38,111 bases of DNA, taken from the IMG/VR virus record IMGVR_UViG_3300031841_003139, positions 1 to 38,111 of that record; one strand, 5' to 3'. Source of the DNA: a virus (lineage: Duplodnaviria; Caudoviricetes). Under the pieces are notes generated by a model. The model ran no database searches. It had not been told where the DNA came from and was given only the letters and a program-made list of their open reading frames with translations. A program made the translations under genes and the position numbers. Every line of letters begins with the position of its first letter. The stretch's first letter is position 1. Shown in pieces: positions 26,170 to 33,575 of the stretch.

Positions 26170-26448
26170 TTAGGGGTGTTTTGTTTCTAGGCGATCTAGG
26201 CGTTTACTGTCGTTAATTAGCTGATATTCTAACCTGATGTCATTTTCTTTTAGTTGATAAATCGACTCGTTGGTTTTTTTAAGTTCGATCACAATTGAGG
26301 ACATAGCTTGATTAAGTGATTTAACCTCGTTTTTAAACGAGTCAACCTCGCCCTTGAGTACGCCCCAACTAAAGGCGATAAACATAACGTGCGCTAAAAT
26401 AGTGACTATGACGGGGATATAAGCCGTTACCCTTGACGGCTCAGACAT
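26170..26448 (-). CDS. Single-TM coiled-coil protein
   Basis: YIPVIVTILAHVMFIAFSWG then heptad repeats. Confidence 0.7.
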   Translation of the reverse strand: MSEPSRVTAYIPVIVTILAHVMFIAFSWGVLKGEVDSFKNEVKSLNQAMSSIVIELKKTNESIYQLKENDIRLEYQLINDSKRLDRLETKHP

Positions 26449-26626
26449 TACTAGTTACTTTAGCAAAAAAACAGTGCATATCCGAAACATACTTTTCTTG
26501 TCGTTCAATAAGACGTTTAGCCAGATCGGGATCTTTTTCTATCTGCTCGGCTATTTCAGCAGACGTTAACGAAGCGTTCGCCGCCTCATTACCACATATA
26601 ATAATCTTACATCTCGTTGCGCTCAT
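26441..26626 (-). CDS. Hypothetical protein
   Basis: Overlaps both neighbours; GGAG-like SD. Confidence 0.55.
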   Translation of the reverse strand: MSATRCKIIICGNEAANASLTSAEIAEQIEKDPDLAKRLIERQEKYVSDMHCFFAKVTSNV

Positions 26627-26891
26627 CGTCTCGTCTCATTTTGTCGGGGTGTGTAGCCCCTGTGGTAGAATCGCCGACCTTTTTAACGCCTTCTCTAATT
26701 AAAATAGCGTTTTGGTCTTGAACGTGCATCTGTAAAAGCCTAATCTCGGTTTTGGTTTCCTTAAAAGTATCTCGCAATGAGATTAGGCTAATTGTGACCC
26801 ACATTAACAGCAAAATAGCTGTTACTAATAGTAACACCAGCGTACCTTTACCCTCACCGCTGATCCTGATCACAATATTCCTTTGTCCCAT
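26607..26891 (-). CDS. Single-TM coiled-coil protein
   Basis: LVLLLVTAILLLMWVTISLISL then a helical segment. Confidence 0.65.
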   Translation of the reverse strand: MGQRNIVIRISGEGKGTLVLLLVTAILLLMWVTISLISLRDTFKETKTEIRLLQMHVQDQNAILIREGVKKVGDSTTGATHPDKMRRDDERNEM

Positions 26892-26944
26892 TGATAACCC
26901 GCGTTAGACCTTTTAGTAAATCGTCAAACTCTAAAAGTTGCTCG

Positions 26945-26972
26945 ATTATAACCTGAATTTTAGAAAATACAA
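26945..26972 (-). promoter_or_regulatory. Sigma70-like promoter
   Basis: TTGTAT-N16-TATAAT, directly after a terminator hairpin. Confidence 0.5.
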
Positions 26973-26993
26973 ACCCCACAGGTAGCGGGGTTT
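26965..26993 (-). terminator. Intrinsic terminator after the Cys-rich gene
   Basis: AAACCCCGC-TACCT-GTGGGGTTT followed by GTATTTT. Confidence 0.7.
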
Positions 26994-26999
26994 GGCAAG

Positions 27000-27404
27000 T
27001 TAGGCGATATTCCGCCTATTTTTATCGACAATTATTTTGCAGGTCTTGGCTTTTTTACACTTCAATTTAGCATAAGTACCGCCTGCTGTTTTCTTTTTCT
27101 TGTAGATACACTTCGAGCCGTTTTTAGTGCAAATTTTACAATGAGTGCCTGAGCCGGAACAGTCCCAAATATATTTTGCTACCTTAACATCAGGTGTCGG
27201 CATATCTAAAAAGTTCGACTTCTTTTGCTTCTTGACGATATGACATCGACCATTCATATCACAGACAACACAATGCGTTTTACCACACTCCATATAGGAT
27301 TTTGTGAACTCCGCCACCGGATCACTAACCGCCATAGCTGGTATTGCAAAAACCGCAAGCATCACGGTTAAACAGACCCAAATTTTACTGAATTGTTTTT
27401 TCAT
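27000..27404 (-). CDS. Exported Cys-rich, Lys-rich small protein
   Basis: AAGGA SD; signal peptide ending AIPAMA|VS; two repeats C..(2-4)THC..C..NG.(.)C...KK.KK. Confidence 0.75.
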   Translation of the reverse strand: MKKQFSKIWVCLTVMLAVFAIPAMAVSDPVAEFTKSYMECGKTHCVVCDMNGRCHIVKKQKKSNFLDMPTPDVKVAKYIWDCSGSGTHCKICTKNGSKCIYKKKKTAGGTYAKLKCKKAKTCKIIVDKNRRNIA

Positions 27405-27425
27405 ATTTAAATTCCTTTAGCAATT

Positions 27426-27456
27426 GCCGTCAAAACTAACCGGTGACGGCTACCGG
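27426..27456 (-). promoter_or_regulatory. Predicted H-type RNA pseudoknot in the 5' leader
   Basis: CCGGU-A-GCCGUC-ACCGG-UUAGUUUU-GACGGC: S1 5 bp, L1 a single A, S2 6 bp. Confidence 0.55.
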
Positions 27457-27461
27457 TTAAA

Positions 27462-27650
27462 CTAAACCCAAAGCAGCACTAGTAAAATAGCAGCTATCGA
27501 CGCGCTTAACACGCCTACTAGTCGCGATCTAATTGTGTTCGGCTGACCTTTGATCGACTGTTTTGGTAAACAGCTGATCAGCATGACCGCGATAAAAGCT
27601 AATAGTATCGTGCTTGCGACAATAATCAAACTGTTAATAAATATATCCAT
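27462..27650 (-). CDS. Two-TM membrane protein
   Basis: Two long hydrophobic segments; GGTGG SD. Confidence 0.65.
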   Translation of the reverse strand: MDIFINSLIIVASTILLAFIAVMLISCLPKQSIKGQPNTIRSRLVGVLSASIAAILLVLLWV

Positions 27651-27950
27651 TTAGACCACCTTTTTAAAATTAATAACAAGCGTTTCCCAAAGATCGGTTT
27701 TTAAAAACGGTAACGCTTCTGCTAAAAGCCCCTCTTGGAAGGTGGCTATTTTTATAAGCTCCCATCGGCTGACCATTAACCGGCTTTTAACGTAAAATTG
27801 TTGTCTAACTTGTTCATACCTAGTAAAAACAAACCAAAATAAAACAACCTTGTTTAACCGGTTAGATTCGTCGCAAGGTTTCTGTTGCTTTCTAGCAACA
27901 GACCATATGCCGACCGGCGAAAACAACCACAAAAAGAATAGTATTTTCAT
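27651..27950 (-). CDS. Hypothetical protein with hydrophobic N-terminus; start probably ATG 27950
   Basis: TAATG coupling with the upstream ORF. Confidence 0.55.
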   Translation of the reverse strand: MKILFFLWLFSPVGIWSVARKQQKPCDESNRLNKVVLFWFVFTRYEQVRQQFYVKSRLMVSRWELIKIATFQEGLLAEALPFLKTDLWETLVINFKKVV

Positions 27951-28132
27951 TAGAACATTCCCCAATAAGGATCAAGTCTTTTAATTTTCTTGATGATTAG
28001 TTCAATACTTATTTTATCGTCGCTTAACCCTTCCAACTCTAAAACAAGCGCTTTAATTTTAGCGCGTGTGGTGGCGGCTTCTGCTAGTTCAGCCTTCCAA
28101 CTTTCAATCGTTGCGCAATCTGGTTGAAACAT
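27950..28132 (-). CDS. Hypothetical protein
   Basis: TAATG coupling; GAGG SD. Confidence 0.65.
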   Translation of the reverse strand: MFQPDCATIESWKAELAEAATTRAKIKALVLELEGLSDDKISIELIIKKIKRLDPYWGMF

Positions 28133-28317
28133 TATAGACCCCTCGCTATAGCCAGCGCGTCACGGATACATTTAGAACATATCCCTGCGCGGTTTAACTC
28201 GTGCCCGTGAACTTGAGATTCACACTTAGCACAATAGTAAACGCCGAAATGCTCAAACGACTTTTTGTTTTTACGTTTTAACTGTCTCAAAAAATTAGCT
28301 TTCGTTTTACTTGCCAT
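28132..28317 (-). CDS. Basic Zn-finger protein; start probably MASKTK at 28317
   Basis: CAKC...CSKC. Confidence 0.6.
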   Translation of the reverse strand: MASKTKANFLRQLKRKNKKSFEHFGVYYCAKCESQVHGHELNRAGICSKCIRDALAIARGL

Positions 28318-28522
28318 CGTCGAAATACCCGTTAACGTTATAATCTTCCACTTTAACATTAGTGTACTTGCCTTTTGACTCTCGGGTTATTTCCCTTTCC
28401 AGAACTTCGACGATATCGTCATGCTCTGCGTCAACTGGCACGTCACCTAACGCCCAACCTGTACCGTTAGTATGTGTGAAAATAACACCTACTTGCGCGC
28501 GTTTCATTTGCATCAACCTCAA
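28307..28522 (-). CDS. Hypothetical protein
   Basis: Overlapping chain of ORFs; GAGG SD before MQMK. Confidence 0.55.
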   Translation of the reverse strand: MRLMQMKRAQVGVIFTHTNGTGWALGDVPVDAEHDDIVEVLEREITRESKGKYTNVKVEDYNVNGYFDDGK

Positions 28523-28721
28523 CGTTGTCAGTGATTACAATGTGTTCAACGTCGTCAGCATCTGAACTTGCTAAAGCCGTTAACACATCGGATTTTTTAC
28601 CTATTAACGGTTCCATCAATCGACCGTTAACCGTATAAGCAGCGTAATAATTATTGCCGCTCCCTTTTAGTTTTCGCATTTCTAGCATTTTTAATATTCC
28701 TCTGACATCCACACAAAACAA
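28467..28721 (-). CDS. Hypothetical protein (start uncertain)
   Basis: Part of the overlapping minus-strand ORF chain. Confidence 0.5.
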   Translation of the reverse strand: MFCVDVRGILKMLEMRKLKGSGNNYYAAYTVNGRLMEPLIGKKSDVLTALASSDADDVEHIVITDNVEVDANETRASRCYFHTY

Positions 28722-28845
28722 TTTTAAAAAGCTTTGGTTTGTTTTTATGCCAATTAATAAGAGTTTGCTGACTAACGCCCGTTAGTCGCGTTACTTGGGC
28801 TAGTGATTCTAACCCCATGTCGATCGCTTGTTCGCTTGGTGTCAT
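28651..28845 (-). CDS. Small helix-turn-helix DNA-binding protein
   Basis: SLAQVTRLTGVSQQTLINW is a canonical HTH pattern; AAGG SD. Confidence 0.75.
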   Translation of the reverse strand: MTPSEQAIDMGLESLAQVTRLTGVSQQTLINWHKNKPKLFKIVLCGCQRNIKNARNAKTKRERQ

Positions 28846-29002
28846 TTAATATTGACCTTCTAAGTTTTGCGCCTTGGTTAAATGAGTTGCGCGCTTTTTT
28901 TAAAGATATTCCCGATAAAAATAACTCTCTTTGAAATTCGCATTCCTCATTGAGATAACCGGCAATTATAAAATTTTGATGATGTTGGCGACTATTGGTC
29001 AT
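28772..29002 (-). CDS. Hypothetical protein
   Basis: GGCGG SD-like sequence; in operon chain. Confidence 0.5.
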   Translation of the reverse strand: MTNSRQHHQNFIIAGYLNEECEFQRELFLSGISLKKARNSFNQGAKLRRSILNDTKRTSDRHGVRITSPSNATNGR

Positions 29003-29165
29003 AATCGCCGCCTATTATTTCGCTCTGAACAGATTGAAACGCTTCAATTTTAGCTTCCAGCAAATCAACTTTTTTAAAATTTAAACCCTTTGCTTGTTTG
29101 ATCGACTCGTTGGTTAGATCGTTAATCTTACTTTGCAAAGCGCCTATTATTTTTTGTTTGTTCAT
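28992..29165 (-). CDS. 57-aa coiled-coil protein (absent from ORF track)
   Basis: MNKQKIIGALQSKINDLTNESIKQAKGLNFKKVDLLEAKIEAFQSVQSEIIGGDYDQ*; AAGGTG SD; first gene after the promoter. Confidence 0.7.
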   Translation of the reverse strand: MNKQKIIGALQSKINDLTNESIKQAKGLNFKKVDLLEAKIEAFQSVQSEIIGGDYDQ

Positions 29166-29191
29166 CAAATCGCACCTTTTTCTGTAGTCAG

Positions 29192-29227
29192 TAAAATAAT
29201 TATACTAAAACTATTTTAATTGTGCAA
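29192..29227 (-). promoter_or_regulatory. Strong sigma70-like promoter, copy 2, overlapping the primase stop codon
   Basis: TTGCAC-N17-TATAAT. Confidence 0.8.
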
Positions 29228-31634
29228 CCCCTTGATGATAATTATTTTCAGCCTCATAACCTTGGTCGCGCATATATTGGTTAGTGGCTTGTGTCGCATC
29301 TGCTATTTGAGATTGAATGCTACCCGATTTGACATAAAGCACTGAGCGGTTGTTGCTTTCCTGCATGATAGCCCTAGTAGCTCGCCCTTGGTTTGTTAGT
29401 GCGGGGTGCTTAATGTAACCCTCTTGTTTTAAATAAATAGCCAGCATCTTACCACTAGGCGGCTTAATACCGTATTCGTTTTGTAATATTGTTCTGAGCG
29501 CTTGAACCGATAACCAGCTTTTTAAAGTACCTGCTTTGCCGCTGCTGATAGCCTCGCTAACGGCTTGATGTGGTGCGCTTTTGGATTCGTTGATAGCTTC
29601 TAAAAAACTGCTCGTTATAGGGGCTTTATCAGCGAGTGTTGCAGGGTTAAATTCGTCGGGGATCTTATAGGTGTCTAAAAAATGTGCGGTCTTAGCCCAT
29701 CCATCTTGATTGTAAAACCAGTCAAACAAGTTGCTAAAATACTTACCGCCCCTTTGCATATCGTTTAAGGCTAGATCCTCAGTTTCTTGTTGTGCACAAA
29801 ACAAAATAGCAAACCGGCGAGTATGATCAGTAACTTTCACAGCGTCCTTGTAATTGCTCATTAGTAGCCAATTAATGCACGTTTTAATCGTTAACTGATC
29901 AACGCCTTTTGCTTGGGTTTGTATTCTTGAATTACCAATGAAACGTTTTAACGCTGCCTCTGCTTGGTTTCTTGATCCGGTTTTAATTTCCTCTAATACA
30001 GCTAGCCTGTGATTTTTAATATAACTGTTAAATTTACCGCCGCTGTTACAAAAATCCTCGGGATCAACATCTTCAACGTGATCGTCACCGATACAGTAGG
30101 TCAGCACTCTAGCAATTAAACTTTTGCCGTTACCTTCAACACCTTGGATGAACGGCGACCACAGAAACTTTTTACCGGAATACTGGACGAACGCCGCCAT
30201 CCAGCTAATTAGTATTTCAGCGTCTTGGTCGTTAGGTAACATAATTTTTATGTGATTGTAAAACGGGCTAGCATCGCCCTCGACCCGCAAGCCGTCTTGA
30301 TTGACATATTCATTAACATAGCTACGGCCGCTATCCTCGAACACTGTGCCGAACTCATATTCAGGTCGATAAGCCCTGTCGTAAACTTCCGCGCGCGTCA
30401 TATCTGGCGCTGTTACGTAAGCTTTCCACGCTTCTTTTATTGGCTTGCCGCCGAACGCCTCTAAAAATTCAACGGTCGAATACATGTTGTTATATTCGGT
30501 TTGACCCCTGACAACGCCGTCAGGACAAAAAACCTTACTGTTACACGTCATAAAATAATGACCTGCAAAAAAATTAGGCCGTTCCTCATAAGCAAGCATT
30601 CTCGATCCACCATTAGCTTTGACAGTGGTGTCGTGGACTATGTGCTGTTCTGGTTTCCACTCTTGCCTTGCCGCCTCTTTAGCGGCTATTTGTGACCCGT
30701 AGACGTCACGACAGCCGCGCACAGCGTTTAATATGGTGTCGCGTCTATAATCCTTGCGGTTTTCCCATTTGTCACGCACAAGGCCGGATTGACTCATTAA
30801 TCGCTCGATACGTTCGCAATCTTTACCCGTCCAAAACGCTAGGTGATTACATAAAGCCTGATCCGCGCTGGATCGATCAAAATCATCTTCGATGTTGGTT
30901 GGTGGGAAAACCACACCTAATTTTTCAACGTTACAATCCCATAAATCGGCGGCGCTAACTTTAGTGCCAAATACTTGAGCGGCGCTGGTTGATTCTTTCA
31001 TTCTTTTGATCAAGGCTTTATCGGTTTTTAGCGGTTTACTCTCGGGTACTGGTTCCGTTGTCCATTCTAGCGTGTTGTCGATTGTTTTAGGCGGGAAATA
31101 GTAATTAACAAACGACGGTAACAAGTGGCTAGCGTCAAAGCTGGCATCACCCATAGCGCCGATACCGGTTAAAGCAACAAAGCGATCACTCGTGTAAAAC
31201 TCTAAGCCTAATGGTATATTTTTTTTACGGTGATCAGCGTGGTAACCTGTGCCTGTACCGAAAATATGCAACCCCTTTCCGCTATGGCTAATTTCCACGG
31301 CGCAACCAGCAAAATAATTAACGAAGGATTGAGCGTCATTTGTCCAGCTTCCATCGTCGTTGGTGCAATTATCAATGTCAAAAAACCAAAACGGATCGTT
31401 ATTGGTAAACACAAAGCCAACACCAAAAGTTCGACCAAGGTTATTAGCAATTGCTAAAGCGTCAGCCGCGCTAAACCATATTTTAGGGTCATGCGCGTTA
31501 TGTGAATATAAAGTGTTTGGGTCTAATGTTATTTTATCAAATTTGTTCGGGTTTTTCTTATTAGGTACTGCCTGCCAAATTACAAACTGGTTATAGTTTG
31601 CAAGCGGCATCAAAGCCGTTGGTATTTGATTCAT
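29211..31634 (-). CDS. Primase-polymerase/SF3 helicase fusion (NrS-1 polymerase-like)
   Basis: AEP motifs FFDID, EISHSGKGLHIF and EFY...RFVALTG; helical-bundle DRSSADQALCNHLAFWTG...SGL.RDKW; P-loop GVEGNGKS, LEE and MSN. Confidence 0.88.
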   Translation of the reverse strand: MNQIPTALMPLANYNQFVIWQAVPNKKNPNKFDKITLDPNTLYSHNAHDPKIWFSAADALAIANNLGRTFGVGFVFTNNDPFWFFDIDNCTNDDGSWTNDAQSFVNYFAGCAVEISHSGKGLHIFGTGTGYHADHRKKNIPLGLEFYTSDRFVALTGIGAMGDASFDASHLLPSFVNYYFPPKTIDNTLEWTTEPVPESKPLKTDKALIKRMKESTSAAQVFGTKVSAADLWDCNVEKLGVVFPPTNIEDDFDRSSADQALCNHLAFWTGKDCERIERLMSQSGLVRDKWENRKDYRRDTILNAVRGCRDVYGSQIAAKEAARQEWKPEQHIVHDTTVKANGGSRMLAYEERPNFFAGHYFMTCNSKVFCPDGVVRGQTEYNNMYSTVEFLEAFGGKPIKEAWKAYVTAPDMTRAEVYDRAYRPEYEFGTVFEDSGRSYVNEYVNQDGLRVEGDASPFYNHIKIMLPNDQDAEILISWMAAFVQYSGKKFLWSPFIQGVEGNGKSLIARVLTYCIGDDHVEDVDPEDFCNSGGKFNSYIKNHRLAVLEEIKTGSRNQAEAALKRFIGNSRIQTQAKGVDQLTIKTCINWLLMSNYKDAVKVTDHTRRFAILFCAQQETEDLALNDMQRGGKYFSNLFDWFYNQDGWAKTAHFLDTYKIPDEFNPATLADKAPITSSFLEAINESKSAPHQAVSEAISSGKAGTLKSWLSVQALRTILQNEYGIKPPSGKMLAIYLKQEGYIKHPALTNQGRATRAIMQESNNRSVLYVKSGSIQSQIADATQATNQYMRDQGYEAENNYHQGVAQLK

Positions 31635-31635
31635 A

Positions 31636-31944
31636 TTAAACGCCTATTGATTCTAATGCTTTTTTCTTTAGAACTCGATCCGCTTTTTTAGCGATGGGAT
31701 CACCGGTCACTATACCCTCGGCTATTATCTTTAAATGCTCACGTCTCAACGCTTCTCGCATGATGGCGTTTTTGAGTTTGTTAACACTTTTAAAATAAAC
31801 GGTTATTAGCGTCGGGCTTGTTCCGCTAAACTCGGCAATGTGATCGCGGTTGAATTGATGAAAACCGTACTTTCCGGCGGCTTGTACTGCCGCATCTAAC
31901 AATTGCGTTTTCCTCGCGCTAGGCTTCATTCTTCTAGGTTTCAT
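31636..31944 (-). CDS. TetR-like HTH regulator
   Basis: RKTQLLDAA....YGF....RDHIA...GTS..LI..YFKS...L. Confidence 0.75.
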   Translation of the reverse strand: MKPRRMKPSARKTQLLDAAVQAAGKYGFHQFNRDHIAEFSGTSPTLITVYFKSVNKLKNAIMREALRREHLKIIAEGIVTGDPIAKKADRVLKKKALESIGV

Positions 31945-31978
31945 TAATTAATACTCGATTGTACTGTTATTATTCGTT

Positions 31979-32683
31979 TCATTCTAACCCCTTGTTGACA
32001 ATGGTGTCAATAACTCTAGCTTGAGCCACAGCCACAAAATGACGGTCGAGATCACAGCATTTAAACTTTCGGCCTTCCATTAGCGCGGCAACTGCTGTTG
32101 TTCCTGAGCCGACGAACGGATCAATCACGGTTTGTTTTTTTCGGCTGCTATTTCGGATCAACCTTCTGATTATTTCGAGCGGCTTAACAGTCGGGTGACC
32201 ATATAGTTTTTTATCTTTCACATTCATGGGATGCTTAAACAAAGTGCAAGCGTCTGAATGCGTTTTAGGCATGCAGTAGCCCGACTTTCTAAAATACAAG
32301 CAATACTCTTTATCACTCATCCATTTGTTATGGTACGTCGGCGGGGTGTTTGGTTTATACCACACAATAATATCGAACGAGCATTTCAATTGACCAACAA
32401 AATAATTTAAATACATTGGTATTTGCGCCTTGTTGCACCAGATATAGCAATTAATCTTGCCGCCTTGAATTCTAGGTATTTCTTGACACCAATCTAAACC
32501 GGCGCATTTGTCGATGTTTAAATCAGTTAGATCTGATTGACTTGCGTTCAACGCCAAGGCTAACGGACTGTTACCGCCCGCCTTAGTGTTTTTAATATCA
32601 TAAGGCGGATCGGTAACTATCAAATCAACGCTGTTTTTACCTAGCGATTTTAAAAATGTTATTGCGTCGTTTTGTTCAATCAT
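31979..32683 (-). CDS. Orphan N6-adenine/N4-cytosine DNA methyltransferase (beta class); start probably ATG 32683
   Basis: DLIVTDPPY precedes HPTVKP and DPFVGSGTT. Confidence 0.92.
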   Translation of the reverse strand: MIEQNDAITFLKSLGKNSVDLIVTDPPYDIKNTKAGGNSPLALALNASQSDLTDLNIDKCAGLDWCQEIPRIQGGKINCYIWCNKAQIPMYLNYFVGQLKCSFDIIVWYKPNTPPTYHNKWMSDKEYCLYFRKSGYCMPKTHSDACTLFKHPMNVKDKKLYGHPTVKPLEIIRRLIRNSSRKKQTVIDPFVGSGTTAVAALMEGRKFKCCDLDRHFVAVAQARVIDTIVNKGLE

Positions 32684-33035
32684 TGATAAACGCCCCAATG
32701 CCGCCCATTGATACAACTAGGTTAATAAAATTCAATTGCGCTTGTTCGTGCTTGTTGTTCGGTTTAAATTTCCATCCCTCTTTTTTACACTCGTAAGCAG
32801 TAAACACGCCGACAGTTTGACCTACCATGTCAGGTGTTATTAAAACGGGAGTTATGCCGATCAAATCACTTGATTTATATAGCTGGTTGACGGCTTTGGA
32901 TTCGTTACAAAGACCATAGCGAATATAGTTGCCATAGTCGTCAGAATAAGCGCCTACGTTATTACGCCAAAGCCTCGCGCCTTTTTTACTTTCTTCTAGT
33001 TGCTTTTTTTGCTGGATCGCCGCTTCACTTTTCAT
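32676..33035 (-). CDS. VRR-NUC family nuclease
   Basis: SEAAIQ, LWRNNVG, SSDLIG, ECK and Q.NFI..V...GG. Confidence 0.85.
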   Translation of the reverse strand: MKSEAAIQQKKQLEESKKGARLWRNNVGAYSDDYGNYIRYGLCNESKAVNQLYKSSDLIGITPVLITPDMVGQTVGVFTAYECKKEGWKFKPNNKHEQAQLNFINLVVSMGGIGAFIND

Positions 33036-33225
33036 TGCTTAGTTTCCTTTGTCTGATTTGCTCACATTGCACACATAACGCAGAAAAAAACTGCATGCGC
33101 TCGTAAGCTTCAAATTTTTTAAACCTGTGGACATTTAAGATCCAAGACGAACACACATTCAACTGTTCTATAGTCTCGCATGATCTTATAACACTAATGA
33201 CTTTTTTAAATCGTTCATTACTCAT
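33025..33225 (-). CDS. Hypothetical protein
   Basis: ATGA overlap; VI.SC.T.EQL. Confidence 0.6.
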   Translation of the reverse strand: MSNERFKKVISVIRSCETIEQLNVCSSWILNVHRFKKFEAYERMQFFSALCVQCEQIRQRKLSNEK

Positions 33226-33575
33226 CGTCTTTCATCCATATAACAATCATCGCAAAGATATTCACCATTATTGTTTTGCATACCAGCTTCATCATCAAAA
33301 CACTTTTGACAAGCTATTCCAAAATCAGGCTTTTCATTCTCTAACCAATACCAAACGCTATGAGATGTTGATTCCGCTAATTTCACACATCGATTAAATT
33401 TTTTACGACCATGTGTTTTAATAGCATCTTCAACTTTCGTTATCGTTTTAATATACGATAGCTCGTTAACCATCAATAAATGGCTCGCTATTGGTGATTC
33501 GCCTTTTAGCAAGCTGTGTTCAATATTTGCATCCACATTGCCAGCAAAAGGGCTTTCGATTATTACTAGTTTCAT
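33222..33575 (-). CDS. Hypothetical protein, possibly a chimeric/degenerate nucleoside-deoxyribosyltransferase-like gene
   Basis: N-terminus MKLVIIESPFAGNVDANIE...GESPIASHLL; C-terminal CQKC...CDDC. Confidence 0.5.
   Translation of the reverse strand: MKLVIIESPFAGNVDANIEHSLLKGESPIASHLLMVNELSYIKTITKVEDAIKTHGRKKFNRCVKLAESTSHSVWYWLENEKPDFGIACQKCFDDEAGMQNNNGEYLCDDCYMDERR

Noticed and set aside
28651-31944. Lysogeny switch / prophage
   Set aside because: No integrase, CI-type peptidase domain or host genes are in the window; lifestyle cannot be called from a partial genome.
31979-33035. Restriction-modification system (methyltransferase plus adjacent nuclease)
   Set aside because: The nuclease is VRR-NUC type, routinely linked to SF2 helicases in phages; the methyltransferase is better read as an orphan.
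312-33397. Plus-strand ORFs in the track between 312 and 33397 (e.g. 7418-7777, 14426-14815, 24950-25225, 25798-26097)
   Set aside because: They are antisense shadows of well-supported minus-strand genes and show no recognisable motifs.
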